Shown here in pieces: positions 37,350 through 52,978 of a stretch of DNA of 64,000 nt. Made by a program: the position numbers and the translations under genes. Every line of letters begins with the position of its first letter. Within the stretch, counting starts at the first letter, position 1. The DNA is from Chrysomallon squamiferum. Lineage: Eukaryota > Animalia > Mollusca. The notes beneath the pieces were generated by a model. It ran no database searches and was not told the origin of the DNA. It saw nothing but the letters and a program-made list of their open reading frames with translations. The DNA lies in the NCBI GenBank assembly GCA_012295275.1, contig CM022673.1, forward strand, positions 22,134,001-22,198,000, written 5' to 3'.

Positions 37350-40300
37350 TCAGTTCTGTGAACATCTGTTTTTCATGGCAGTGACCACCATACTGGACAG
37401 AGTGGATAAGTGCTGATGGATAGTAAAAAGATCTGCTGTTCTCAGTCTATCAATGTCTGTGCAGGTCTGTACAAGGTTTTCAAGAACTGAAAGTAATTCA
37501 GAACTTTGAGAATTTTCCTTTGAATTAATGTGCTCTTTATCAGGAGATAACTTCATGTTTCTAGTAGTAGAAGTAACTTTGGTTGGTCTGGTTAGCAGCT
37601 TTCTGGGTGTTGAATTATTGTCATCTGTGATGGAATCCATATTACTCATGGCACAATCCATTTTGGTAGGGGTGGAGGTTCCTTTTTGAGTTGAACTGTC
37701 CAATGGCAAGAGGTTTTGTGTGTTATTGTGAAATCCTGATCCTGACTGGATAGTGTTATCACATGACACTTTAGAAGCCTCTGTTTTGCAGCTGGGCACA
37801 CAAGAGATGTCTAAGAGATTAATGACATCCTCTCCATCTTCTATGCTACTGTTTAACTCTTCAGAATCTGGAAGACAAAAAATAGATTATTCTAAAACCA
37901 CACGCAAATCAGAACAGAAATGATGACATATTTATATATTTGTTTAATTATTTCATAGAATTTATTAATAATAACAGTTTGTCTGTCATATTCTTATCAT
38001 GGAAATCAATACTGGCAACTGCTGAAATAAAAATAAGAAACAACTAAAAGCTTAAATTAAAATTAAGAAGTTCTAAATTCCAGTGAAAATTTGCAAATAA
38101 AGTTGTTACCTAGGATTATACTGAATTAGAAACAAAAAGAAAAACACAAAAGCTCAGAATAAAAAAGCAAAAAAAAAAAACAAAATCATACTACTTATAA
38201 AAATGAATAAATAAAAAATGGTAACTGAAGAAAACAATGGCAAACCTTTCTGATCCAGTTCACGGAGAGCATCGTCAGCGCTAGGCAAAGTTTCTGCTTC
38301 TTCCACTGATTCAACAACGGAATCCAGTTTGTCCACATTCTCTTTGTTCTCAAGTCTTGTACTGTCGGCTATTACAAAAGACAATCCAAAAAAAAAGATA
38401 TATATGTATGCATGTATATTATTCAAAATAAAGAATCTATGCTGTCGAATTTAAGAGGCCAAAACTGAAATTTATAAAAATGAGTAACACAAAAAAAAAA
38501 AATTAAAAAAAAGTAACAGTTTATTTTTGCTGTTTTAACCACAATTTTTAAGGAAATGTAGCAAAATCATTCTTTTACTTCTGTAATCCTCAAATAATCT
38601 TATAGTCAAACCAGCAGCTATTAATACAGCAGACACTAACGCAAGTTTGTTTAGAATAATATCTCTCAGCTAAACATAAACATTTAAATACCAGATTTGG
38701 CAGACATTCTGCCTGCAGGATCCTCTGTTCCTGTTCTATGTTTCTTTCCAGATATCTGCTGTTCCATGTCCTGCAGGGCTTTCCGAACAGTGAGCACTTT
38801 AGGAGAGCGGATGGGTAAGTTATGAATCTCAAGTTCTGATAATGAACATAAATCTCCAACAGTGTTGATATTTCTTGCCTTCACCAGCTGCACCAGTCCT
38901 CGAGACCTGCAAGTTACATAAATTAATAAATAAATTACATTAACTCTTTATTTGTGTTATTATACACACAAACATACTGGGCTGAATTTATCCAATACTG
39001 TTTCTTATTTATGTAGTACTTACAAGTAACAGTAAAATTAGTTTTGTTTATTTTATTGATTCATTTTGGACAGTGAAAAACCAACCCATGCATTTTATTT
39101 TATCTGCAGCTGGCAGAGATCAGTGGGTTTTAATTCAGTATGAAATAAATTATGTTTTGCAGAATTAGTAAATAACTGTCAATCATAATTTTAATTAACA
39201 TACCACATGGAGGAGGTAAGCTGTGGCAAAACCTTGGCAACAGATTCAGTACAACCAATTAGATCAGGGTACACAGGTTCCTTTGAGTCCAGCTGAGATT
39301 CATGAGTGCTTTTGTAGCTGCCTGCTGATTGGCTAAAATCACTGCTGCCACTGGACGTCACCTGACTAGGCTGGGTGTTTTTCTCATCCAGCTAAATAAA
39401 ATTTATAAAATTTAAAATATTTGATCTTAAACATTTTGAAATATAACTACTCTATCATGAAGAAAATAGTAATATAACATTTCTCAGTAATCAGTATATA
39501 CAACAACAAACAACAACCACTATAATATTTAAGAGAGTGAAATACTGCCCAACATTGAAATTCTCATCTGAAGAAATAAACAAGTCCTCTTCAACTGTAT
39601 GGCTAAATGAAAGTGGTCTTGGTATTTTTCAGTTGTATATCCCTTCAAATTTAATCATAAATGGGTTTTGAACTGTGTGTATACTATATTATTGTTATAG
39701 AAATAAAATAAATCTGTGAACATGGTAGCAGCAGTTAAAATTATTTAGCAGTGATTGTCTTTAGTTTAGTCAGGGAGAAGAATTGCAATGTTAACTAAAA
39801 AGTTAACTTCATTACAAATTAGTTTATTTACAAACAGTATTTGTTTATTTTAGGATCAGTAACCTACCTCAGAAGCAGAAAATCCAGTGAGAGTGTTGCT
39901 GGGTGTGGCCTTTCTTTGATCTCCAGCAAATTTCCATCTTTTTGGACTCTCTCCAGACACAACTGGTTCAGCAAATGAAACTCTTCTTTCCTTCAAATCA
40001 AAAAGTAAATAAAGAAATAAACTAATTCAATGAATTCTGCAAAAATAAATTAATAATAATAAAATTTGTTAACCAAGAGTTATTTATTATTAACTAGTCA
40101 TAGAGCAGCAGGTAGAGATTAACAGCTCAACATTAAAAATATTTTAACAAACCTTTTCTGGGGGTGAAGGTGAATCTACAGCCAGAGCGTGATGGAAGAA
40201 TCTGCGTTTTAATATTCCTGCACTTGGTGAGGCAGAAGGTGAGTTCACTTTGGATACACTGATTGGTCGAAAACCCAAGTCATGTGATCGCTTCAGAGGT

Positions 40301-43300
40301 GAAAGATAAACTTGATCTGAAGACTGATGTTTTAAAATACTGCGTCTGACAATGGTCATCCCACGATCTGAGTACTTTGGTTTCGACTTGGCAAAAACAT
40401 GAAGTTTGGAGTCAGAGGAGATAACTCTTTTGGGGAAATTTACTTTTTTCCTTATTTTGTATTTCTTTGGAGTTTCATCTAGGGGAGGCAAGAAGTTTTT
40501 ATTTGTTTCTTTTTGTCTTGAGCTGCTTGTATCACATTCACTGGCTGTTTGTATAGCCTCTTCCTTTCTGACTGCTATACATTCAGCAGCAGATTTTATT
40601 TTATCTACTGAATCACTGATTAGAGAAGACTTTGCATCAACTAAAGGTAATAATGGAACATCAGCTGGATCAGTCTTTGACAATTCTGTTTTTAATGCCT
40701 CTTCCTTGTTAATAATACTGGATAATTCTGAGACAGAAGCTTCTTCACAATCAGTTATGACTGGATCTTTTGCTTCTTCTACTACATTTTTAGGTTCTGA
40801 AGTAATGTCAGCACTGAATATGAGATCAATATCATCAGAACTCACAGCAACATTAACATCAGCATCAACTTCAACTCTGCTGAGTGTTGGGTCCTCTTTT
40901 GACAACACAGACACACCAGCAACAGATGGTAACTGCTCACAACCAGCTGGCTCTGTGATTTCACAATGATCCAGACTTCCATCCTGTGTCTCTGCTTTCT
41001 GCTTTACTCTGGTTGTCCTTGTTAACTTTGTGTTCAATTTCCTTTTCGGTGCTCCATGTTTGGGAGACTGGTTGGAGGATCTTGCCTTCTGTCTGGCTCT
41101 TAAAACATGTCTCGAAGATCTCAAATGCAACCTGAGAGGAGAAGTAAGTCTGGGTTTGATTTTTCTCTTCTCAACTAGTTTAGGTAACTGTATACAATTC
41201 ATTACTTTATTTATAGATTCAGACATCTTGTTCATTTCTATTAAACAAGTCATATTAGTATCTGATGTTAAAGGAGTAACATTTTGTTCTGTAGATTTGA
41301 AAATCATTGTCTCAGATGATTGGTTCAGCTCACAGTTTGTCTTAGTTTTCAGTGATGTTTTATCTCCTGTTTTCATTTCTACTTTATCAGACTCTTCTTT
41401 CCTTTCTTGTGAAGCAGACAACTGTTCACTAGAAGTTTCTTTATCTTCTTTACTATCAGATAGTTTTATACTTTCATTCTGTTTCATTTCTAAATTATTT
41501 TTCAAGCATAAAGATTTCCTAGGTTTCTTCTTGGGCAGATCAGTCTGTGACAGTTCAGTTTCATTCTCAGCATCATCTGACACTAATCTGGACTTAACAT
41601 GACCATCTCGTAAAGATCTTCGTTTTGCCTCTTCCATTTTGTGTTTTGTTGTAGACTTCCTAATGGGAGTAACCAAAGTTCTACTGTCTGGAGTTTCCTC
41701 ACCTGTTATGATATTTACATTTTTATTTTGCATTCCTTTTGTGGGCGTTTCTGTGTCAGACACAGTGGTGACAAATTCTTTCAAATGATCATCTTCAGTT
41801 TTACACTGCTCAGAATCATTATTATTTGGCTGCGAACATTTTTCTTCTTTTTCTGAAATGATATTATTTTCTTTAGGTGTATCAAATTTTAGACTACTTC
41901 TTGCTGATTTTCTTAGACCACTTTTCTTAGCTTTGTTTGTATCAGTTTCGTTCCTCTTTTCCTCACAGCATGATCCACCGTAAGGACATTTTGACTTTTG
42001 TCTGCTTCTAGGAGTTCTTCTCAGCTGGCTTGGTGAAAGTTTCTTTGGGTTGTTCTGTTTTCGTTTCCTGTCAATTGCTCCATCTTTACCTTCAGAATTC
42101 ACTGTATCCAGTAGGCTGCTGGTATAAGAATTTTGGCTGGGTATTTCCTCTTTACCTGCAAATGTTTGCACACAATCAGGCTTGTAGGTTTCTGATTCAA
42201 CTGATGATTTCTGACTTGATGATGACTTTTCCGAACTAGATTTTGAACCTGCTGACTTTTCTTTTGAATAGCTGCATGAACTTCCCTGTGACAATTTATC
42301 TGACTTCTCTTCTGAAGAGCTGTCTGAACCCTTCAGTGTTGATTCCAGCTGTGAATTGTACACATCTGTTGTGAAATCATTATGCATCAAGCCCTGTGAT
42401 TCTTTCTCATTGTTTACTTCTGAAAACATTTCTTCAGTGAAAACCAGATTTTCTTCAATTGTGGAGGATATTTTCTCATTAGGGTTTAAATTTACTGAAT
42501 TTTCTTTGATACACACGACCACTCCCAAGCCTGACGAATCGCTATTCTGATTAAGTTCAATTCTCTGTTCCACACTCAGAATCCCAGAAAATCCAGCAGT
42601 TTCTTCTGAACCCTGAGATTCAGACCTTGTGTTTTGCTGAGCCAAGGTTACAGAGTCATTTAAAATATCTGAAATGATATTATGTACTTCAACCGGGGCT
42701 GAAAACCCTTCTGAATTTTCTTCTTTTAAATCATGTATTTTTCCTATGTCACATATATCTTCTTTGTTGTTTTTTACAGAACCATATCCTTGAGAGAGCA
42801 TATCAACTCTTTTAGTACTCAGTTTTGGAATGCAGATAACTGGTGATTTGAGTTTTAAACCTTTATAATTATCATTTAAATTTCTGTTCTGCATTAAGCT
42901 TGATGATTCCACTGATGAAGAATCAGTGTTGTTACCAAACAGATTCCTGCTAGTTGAGTGGAGACCAAGAGGATCAGGACTACATGATTCTTTAACAGGA
43001 GTTTCCTCCACTGAAGTGTGTGGATTTTCAACCGTTTTGTTAGCATCACAAAATTTTGTGGGTGTCTGAGTATCTTCCACAAGTGTTTGAGACAACTCAC
43101 ATTCTGCTGTTCCATGACAACTGTCATCCACTGATAAACGGAATGAGCTTGACAACCAGTGAGGACTTTTTCTTCCTTGCTTTTCAGAAAATCTCTTCTC
43201 TGTTGAAGAATTCTCTTTTGCAGGTGACTTTGTCAACCACATATCTAGACAAGAATTCCCAGCCGGAAGACTTTGGTTTCTTCTGCTTGATTTTTTACCT

Positions 43301-46300
43301 GGTGACCCTGAACCTTGAATGTCCTGGCTCTGGGCTTTTCTTCTTGGTGATAACCTCCTTGATGGAAGACTTTTTATAGCATCCTGACTAAAAGAAATAT
43401 TAGGTGATATCTGTCTGTGGATGCTCTCAGGCTTAACATTCTTTCTTTCTGGAGGATGAGAAGACATGTTAATATCATGAATGGAAGTATTTTTAATATC
43501 TGATTTTACATTTATTTCTGGCTCTTTCTCTGTCTGAGAGATGTCTCCGACACATTCAGAAACTTTTGGATTTTCACCAGAGGAAATATTTTCATCAGTG
43601 GATGAAGTACTTCTCCTGCTTAAAACATCAAACAGATTAATTCCAGGAATAGCTAACAGATTCTGTTTCAGTGAGTCACTAGCAGGAATTTCATTTGAGT
43701 CTGATGACATATCTCTGGATCTTTTTGTTTCTGAAAAATTCTGATTACCAGAACTTTTAGATGTCTGACTTTCTAGTGATTCTTTGACTACACCTTCATA
43801 CTTGGCAACTTCAGAACTCTGACATGCTACCAGTGACAAGTCTTTATCAATTCCCTTCTCTTTACAACTTCTAACTTCCAATGTTGATTTAACAGCAGAA
43901 TCATTGTTATTACATTTTCTGCTTTCTGAACTAATCAGCTCTTTAAAAGTTTTTCTGATAGTCTTTTCAGGCTGACTAATTTCTTCAGAAGACTCTTTAG
44001 CTTCCAAAAATTCTTCAGTTTCTTTAATGACTTCTGAAGACAATTCTGTTGATATTTTCTTTCTAGAACCTTTAGTTTTTCCATTCTTTTGTTTCTCTTC
44101 ATTTTTCAATGCTTGTGAATCTTTAGTTTTCTTATCTATTACTTCCACAATGTCAGACTGAGATGCACTGTTGTTGCTTTCATTACTAAATGTTACATGT
44201 CTCCAAGATCTCCCTCTTCTGTTGATGCTCTGACTTTCAGGTGCAGTGGCTTGTTCATCAACAGTTTTCTCTTGTGGAAGGAAAGAACTAGAAAAATCTG
44301 AAGATACTTTGTTTTGGCTGTCATGCTTATCGACATCTTCTGAATATGATGAGCTGATGGTTATCACAGAATCAGGAAGAAATGTTTGTGATTGAGAACT
44401 GAAATAAACAATTAATAAATAAATTCATAACATAAAAATAATTAGTAGAGTAGTAATAATAAAAGAATTAATGTTTAATACTGATCTTCATTATTTGAAA
44501 TAACCTGGTTTTTTTTTACTGATTTGTGATAAAATTTATTTTAATATTTCAATCTTTTGTATGAACAGAATCAACTGATGAAATGAAATAATAATAATAA
44601 TAATAAAAAGTAATTAAAAAATTAACATTCTCTGGCATATTAGGAGTAATTAAATTTACTAAAAACAACACAGTAATTTATGTAGTTATCAACAGTAATA
44701 CATTTTAATTATCCTGAACTTCCTTCCCCAACCCAGCTCCCACATGTCAATTAGAATTACTTACTCCTGCTGGGTGTCTGCCAACTGACTCATTAATGAT
44801 GTGTCCAGTGATGCATCAAGACTCGAATACATAGTAGGCAATATTCTGTAAATAGTTTTTGAAATAATTTTTGAAAAAAGTTTCAAATATTTCAATTTCA
44901 TATAAATTTCAAATTAAAAGAAGAAAGCAGACAATATTTTTACCATGAATACACTTTTTAGAAATATTCACCAATATGAGAATGAAACAATGACACATGT
45001 TGCATTTCAAGCCAGACATTTTTATTTCATTTCAAAATTAAAAAATAAAACATTTAAACTAAGTCAAATATTATTTCAAAATGTTTTAACACTACATTAA
45101 TAGTGAAAGTTATTGTACAAATTAAATAATATGTGAACAGTTACTTTTTCTCTTTGAGGACTTCTTTCTGGTGATCAGTAAGAATTCTCTTTCTTTTTGG
45201 AATTGTTGAAATAACCACAAACTCCTGAAATTGAAAACGGCTAATTAAAAAAACCCTGAAATGAAGATTTCTCTAAGTGTGTAATAAACGTGGGGTTATG
45301 GAACTTTTCTTTCTGTTATTTAAACAATTCTCATTAACAAACCCAGTTATTGTCATGGAAGATGGACAGAATTCCTGGAATTCATATTGTGGAACTGAAA
45401 TCATATTTAGAAATGAACATTTTACTTTTTAGCAATGTCAAAATACAATTACCGTTTTGCTATTGTCACACACTATGAAACTGACAATTTGTCAATGTTG
45501 TCAAATTGAAGATGTCTCATTTACCAGATTTCTGCATGCAGTCACACGTGCACAGTTTGGTTGATCGATAATTCACATTCAGATAATTCTAGACTGTCAG
45601 AGCGGTGATGAAAATAAATGGTTTAAGTGAAGTTTTGTTTTTGTTACAGCCTCTGAGCTCTAATTCCCTTTGAATAAAAAACACTGTACTTAGTTGTAAA
45701 ATTATGTTTTATTACTGCGATGCAAATCTACATCAAAGATTTCTTTATCAGTGGGGCTAATCTGTATGTCACATAACAGGACGTCATTGTTTCGACTAGA
45801 ATTGGTTGTATTTTCATTTCAGTTGAGTTAATATTTCAGTAAATACTAATTAAGTGAAATAAATGCACAGTGCATTAGATATATTAAGGTTTCTTCCCAC
45901 CCTGTTTCCTTCGAGTGTTTGCATTGCCGTTTTTCTGATATATGTGGAGTGCATTCAGCATAATCTCAAAAAAGGCAATATGTGATGTCACATGGTCTAC
46001 AGCTGTAAATTAGTTATCACAATGGCAGCCACACCAGCCAAAAATATGTTTTATTTAATTTGCCTGTACAGTATAGACTTTAAATGAGTTGACTTGGTGA
46101 AAGAGTAAAAACAAAAAAAAAAAACAAAAAAACATGTTGACAAAAGAAACTCTGAAACTCTAAATGCACTATACTCATAGTGTAAGTCACAGAGCATCTG
46201 GGAGGCCTTCTACAAGTTGCTACAAGCAAATCACACACAATACCATGATAAAGTCAAAGGACATAAAAGATGACTTTGTACTGGATTACATGAAAATGTG

Positions 46301-49300
46301 CACTAAGAAAATGGAGAAGACGAGGTCTTTTTTTCAAAAACATTATAAGCAGGCAGGAGCTATGCCTGAAACATCTACTCTCTGAACTATATGTCCTAAG
46401 ACTGTTTGACATAACAAGATTTACCCCAGAGCTAATTTGATCACAGTTATCAAATCATCGCTGTATAAGAATCCATGGAGAAAAAATTGCTTCATAAAAC
46501 ATCTCTCTGAACTAATAGCTGCTGCTGCTGTGAACTGCCAACTGTTTAATGCCAGAATTATTGGTCTGAAGCAACCAAATACCAAGCAAAGAGAATTCAT
46601 CTTAACTGACTCACAAGACACTCTACCAAGAAATATGCCTGCATCTCTATTTTACAACAAACAAAAAATGTCAGCAAATCCGTAAGAATTTTTGATCAGC
46701 TGCCCTCGATCCCATACAACATCAATGATTCCACTGTTATCAAGGCCCTGCAAGATCCATCCCTTGAGATTGCTTGAGGGATGGCTCATACATGTGGTGT
46801 ATCATGAACAATTTACCAGCACTTTGTCCATTTTCGAGGTTGGCAAGGCATGCAAAGTCACTTCCCAAAGCTATCTAGCAACTGATGCTATTTGGAAGCC
46901 TATAACTTCTGTTGATATTGAAACAAGCTTTTTTCAATACAAACATCTACTTAATGACAGAAGAGAGAGTCTGAGTAAGAAAAACACAAAGTGACTTGCC
47001 ATGCTGTATGTAAAAGTCACTACAATTAATTACAGTTACATGACCAGAAGAATCTTGAATAAGTATAATTTTCTCCTGTGCTTTTCACAAACCGTGTTAG
47101 TATATATTATATAATAGTTTTTAATTACATGAATTATTCCTGAATCAGAATTTACAAAAATATGAAATGGAAACCAACTTTTTGTGAAATGGAAAATCTT
47201 GAGACTTTAATTTCACATAATATGCTAAATAATGAAAGCTGTAGCAAAAACAATGAAAACACACAAAAAATTAGGACTCTATCTCCAGTGGTTAAGAAGA
47301 TATATGCAAATCGGTACGACAGGTATATGGTTGGTTTTCAGCCCTATTTTGGCTAATTGGCAGAAAGGGCTACTTGGGCCAACTGTAGTTTGAAAAGTAA
47401 TTGACACAAAAGGCTTAAAATCAACATGAGTGATGGGACCAACTTGCTAAATGAGCTCAATGACTAAAAGTTCAAATAGACACTGTGGTTTCAGTTTTTG
47501 TCTTATTTGACAAATTCAACCTGTGTTGTGAACAATTTATCAAGATCTTTCAAGCCCATAAAAAAAATTTACCATTTCAATTTATATAGAACAGCACAAC
47601 TTTATTTATATAAGCAGCTTGAATTTTCACTCTATTAAATAATTAGTAGTAATAAGTTAAGATACTGTGATGCGTATATATCATATATATCTAAATGTTA
47701 CTTAAAAAGTTTACAAGTTTAAACATAATCCTTTGCAATACATAAACTTGGCTAATCCTTGGAGTCAACTCCAGAAAGGTGTTAACTGTGGACAATAAAA
47801 TATATGTAATCATGAGACTAGAGTCAATTAAAGACATAGGTGTTATAAGTCTGTCATTTGAAGCAAACAAAAGTTATGTATCATTTGACCATTGTTGAAA
47901 TTTTCTCTGATAGAGCTCATCAACAAGCAAAAATGTTTTAAACTGATCAATTTATGATTTTATATTTTAAAAAAGTGATTAGATTTTTATTCAGCATTCT
48001 ATCAATACCTCTGAATACAATGTTCTGTTATGTAGAATAGTTTGTTATGTTTACGATTCTTAATCGATGGTTTTAAGTGGAAGATAGTAATCGGCAAAAC
48101 AAAGTTAATTCGTTTATTTCAGAATGTGATTTCGCTACACGTGCTATGATGTAACACTAAAAATAGGAACACTGAAGAAAAACATACAGCCAACCAGTTA
48201 TTAAAAATATAAACAACATATAAATATAATCATTTTAAATAGCGCCAGACCTTTCTAGCTGTACATAAAATCTATGGCGATTTCGTTCTGTAGAAAATGT
48301 AACGTAATGGCAATTTCACTAAGCACATACTACTTTCAAACTGTAGTGTCACACATTGTTTGAAAGGTAATTGAATGATCTTTCATTTGATCCCATGAAC
48401 ATAGGTTTTATTTTTAGAGTTTTATTTCAAAATTGTTTTGAAGGCATAAAAAAGTACATTTTTGGACACAACTTTTGATATAAGCCATTGCCAGCGACAA
48501 CATACACATGGTTAAAAGATTGAATTTTGACCCTCCTATATGTGCTAAAAATAACATTGATGCTATTTTGGCGAAAACAAGCCAGAAAAAGAGCACATAA
48601 AGATCTTTAGTTACATGTATTTGTTTTTTATGGTAGGATTTATAGAAGGGATTTGGGAGTGGAGGAAAATGAACAAAATCTGAACTTTTAACAGCTTCAA
48701 CCAATTATATCGGCTAGGATGCTGGTACCTAGTCTATACTACTAGACATTACACCAGTAACACACTGCATGCAGCTTATTCAGTCTTTAATATTTCCTAA
48801 TGATTTCAGTAGATGAAAAAGTGTTTAAACAAAATTCCCCATGAATATGTTTAAAAAAAAGAATTTATCATATATTTCAATGATAATATGTGAATGTAAG
48901 TTAAAAACATGTTGTACAAAATAACATTTGTCTGAATTTACAAATCAGATAGCTCTAACTCACATCATCTCTGAAATCATCCACTTTCAGCTTCTTCTTC
49001 ACACCACTGACTGCTTTAGGAGACAGGGTGAGAGGTTTTGCTGGAGATTTCTTAATTTTAGGAGAAACAGCTTTGTTAAGAAAACTTCCAACTATCTTCC
49101 TGGGTGAAGGCAGACCAGGAATATGTGGTTCAGGGGCCACAGAATCATTCTGAAAGAGTTTTATTACAAACATAATAATAATAATAAAATATCTTTGAAG
49201 AAACTAACGTATTTAATTAAAATTAAATTAATATATATATTTTTTTCAATAATATAGCAAAATTTTTGTCAATGAAATTAATTTTTTTTATAACATATTA

Positions 49301-50697
49301 CTCTGTACTTTTTATTTTGGGGTGGTGGTGTTTGTTAAATAAATTTAAAAAACATTGAAAGTTTTGATAGTCTCCATGCCAAATTAAGGTATTGCCAACA
49401 ACAACAGTGATGAGCTGTAATTGTATTATACAATACTTTTAGTTGGATCTAAGTTACCTGTACAAACTGACTGAGAGGTGTTTCATCAATCAAACCAGCA
49501 TCAGACTCCATAAATCCAGGAAGAGAAATTGGCATCTTCTCTTTAACTTTCAACAGGACAGATTTCAATTTGTCAGGGTACGCGAGTGGTGCAGAGTGAC
49601 TGAATGTTGCATTCCACAACAACATGGTCTGGTTTTTGATCTGTCGTCTGGGGTGAAGAAAGTTTACTTCAAGTAGAGGTGATATGTGTGACAGGAAATC
49701 ACTGTCATACGGCATCGAGTATCGACTCTGGATGCACGTTGAAATGTCCAACCAGAGCTTTTCAAGCTGAAAATTAAGTTGTTAAAAATGATTGTAGTGT
49801 ACATGCAGTTTTAGAAATCAGTTTTTGTTAATAATAAAATCTGAGAATATTGTAACAAGCAGGAAATACACAGTAATTTTTTTCTATTTTGTTATTTAAT
49901 AAAATATAGACAAAAAATTTAAATGCCAGTCTTATAATCTGGTGAATATAGAGCAGATATTTTTTCTTATAGAAATAACAAATTGCAATATCACATGTTT
50001 AGAATTAAGTTTTACTACATTCCAAATCTAAAGCTAAACATACCTTCTGCATGAAAACTGGACTGTGTAGCTTGTTGACAGAACGATCTGCTGGACAGTG
50101 AAAAAGTTGTGCCAGTGGAGAAGAGAGGTGAACTAACAGATTGGAGATTATGTTTGATGTGCTCACATGAGTGAACAATGTTGACAGGATTTCTGTAAGT
50201 CCACTAGCTACTGATGTCAGTGTAGATCCAATCTTCTGAAACAAATTTTATTATATTTGTTTAAAAAAAATATTCACATGGAAAATTTGGGAAAGTATAT
50301 ATACAAAGAAATGTTATATATTAACCTACAGTTATGAAGCAAAAATACAAAATTATTAAGAAAAATGCTAAATATGCTAATTTGTATCATTTTTTTGAAT
50401 TCCTTAGTACTTGTGCAAGGTTTGAACACCTTTTGGAGGTTAAATTTCCATGACTTTCCAAAACTCAAATAACTTATTGATATCCACAACTCAGTCAGGT
50501 TCCATTACCATTTTCTTTATTTTGGGCTTTGACATACCTAAACCCAACTCCTATGTAAAATAGCTAGTTTACTGGTTCTCAGTTGTATATGTTATGCATG
50601 TACCCAGTCATTTGATTAAGACAAGCCAGAACCAGTTTGGGAATTTGAGACAAATGGATTTATCAATACAAGAATCACTTTTTTTTGTCAATTATAT

Positions 50698-50742
<45 letters not shown>

Positions 50743-52929
50743 TATATATCTATATAATCAATAAAAAAAATGATTCTTATATATATGTGTGTGTACGTGT
50801 TTTCTAGAAGGCATGTTAACCCTGCTTATGTATAAAACAAAAATTAACATCTGTAATTTATTTACCTTTTTAAGAGTGCAGAAACCTTCAGATGTAGCAG
50901 ATGACAGCTGTACCAAGGCTTCTAACATCTGTGATTGTAAAATAACAAAACTGTGCAAGTTCTCCAGTGGTTTCTTCTTTCCTTTCCACTTTGAAGGGCT
51001 GGACGGGTCTAAGATGTAGAGAAATAGTATTTGTTTACAGTTCTTAAATCTGACTGTTTTTCACTCTGAACAGTCAAAACAAATGTAAGCAAAGAAAAAT
51101 AAAACAAACTTACCTCCAGAAATGAAACCGAAAGCAGACCCAAATGATGAAAAATCAACACAGCTGATGACTACTTCACAGATCTGTGTTATGAAATCCA
51201 GAAATCTTGCATCCTGAAATTAAACAATGAAAGTATCTTTGCTTCTGTATGGTGTCCCAGCTTAATGTTTGACTCCATGTAAAAAAGTAAATGTAAACGA
51301 TCTTATTTCCTGTAATTACCCAGTTCAGGTAACTGAACAAAGTGCAGTAGGCATTTTGAAAATGCAGAGTTTATATTCAGAGTTGATTTCCATACCAACA
51401 ATATTTGTAGAGAAAATTATCAATACATTTAAAAGTAATACATCACTGATATCTTATGCAATGGCATTGGCTATAGAACTTTCCCAATTTAAAGAGAAAA
51501 AAAACTATGGACACTAATATAATTTTAAAGCTATGGAAATCACCTTCAGGTCGTCTTCAGATAGACAAACATGAATTTTCTGTATATATTCCTCACACAC
51601 TGTGTTGGCTGCAGCATTTGGAACAAGAGCAGCCATTCTGGCAAAACTCCGATACAGTTCTGACCAAGTCTTCATCAGTGTTTTACACACAGGCTAAAAA
51701 TAACAATGATCATGACAATAATGAAACAACAGTCAGCAAACTCATAATAATAATATTAATAATGATGAATGAACAAATAAATAAACAATATGAAGTTGAA
51801 ACAACAAATGACATAAATAATTTTGCAAATATATATATATATTTTTAAATTAAGATATTTTTGTAATATTTCAGAAAAAAAATAATAATAATAATAATAA
51901 ATTATAAAAAAAAAATAATGAAGCCTAAATTAACAAACAAAAACAAAATGATAATTGTGAGAAAAAAAAAGAGCCACTCAAAAAACCCAGTTTATACTCA
52001 CACTGGATGTTTTACTTCCTATCTTGTGTTTGACTGGAATCAACAAGACGAAATACAGACAAGTGAAATTATACTCCAGACAGTCACCTTGATTCACCTC
52101 ATTTGTCTGAATAAAACAAGAAATGGCTCATTTTAAAATGTTACCTTCAGTTCAGATAAAACTGAAAAATCTATTAATAAAACCTCACAGGTAAAAAATA
52201 AAAATTAGTAATATTAACAAGATGGATAAGTTATGTAGAGAAAATTACTTAATATACTACTAATAATAATAACAATAAAACAATAAGAAAAATTTCAACT
52301 GAAACATACAAATGGTACCAAATAATTAAATGTTTTAAAAACCTTGTTGATGAGTTCATGCAGGGTTTTAGCAAGAACACTCCACAACCTCCACAGTGTT
52401 TCAGCACTGGGAACAAACTCAGCATTCCTGTCAATCAAACCAGCTGCCGCCTGACAGAACTCCAGCACCCCTGTACAGTTACACACCCCACAGCTTACAA
52501 GCTGAGAGTAACAGGTCACATAACTGTAGAAACAATTGACAAATAATTTTAAATAGTTACAATAACCATAACTAACACAATGAAAAGGAAAGTTATCCTC
52601 ATTTTTTATCCAATTTAAACAATCAACTTTTATAAAAATGGCAAAGCAATTTCAGTAAATATTTTATTTAAAAAATAATCAATAATTTGATAATGTTTGT
52701 AGATAATGAATGAAACAGAAGTGACTTGTTATGATTAGTTATATTTAAAGTTATTGGAAAAAAGAAAGTCATTATATTTTTATTAATCCTTTTCAAAATA
52801 CAAAGTTATAAACAAATTTGTAAAATACCATTCTGTTCCTGCACATTGTTTGAGTAAAACTGGTGACAACAACACTTCACACAGGAACAGGGCAGGAGTT
52901 CCCTGCAGTGTCAAAAAAAAAAAAAAAAA

Positions 52930-52978
<49 letters not shown>

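Noticed and set aside
40406-43744. Plus-strand ORFs of 64-190 aa
   Set aside because: Antisense shadows of the large RIF1 exon.
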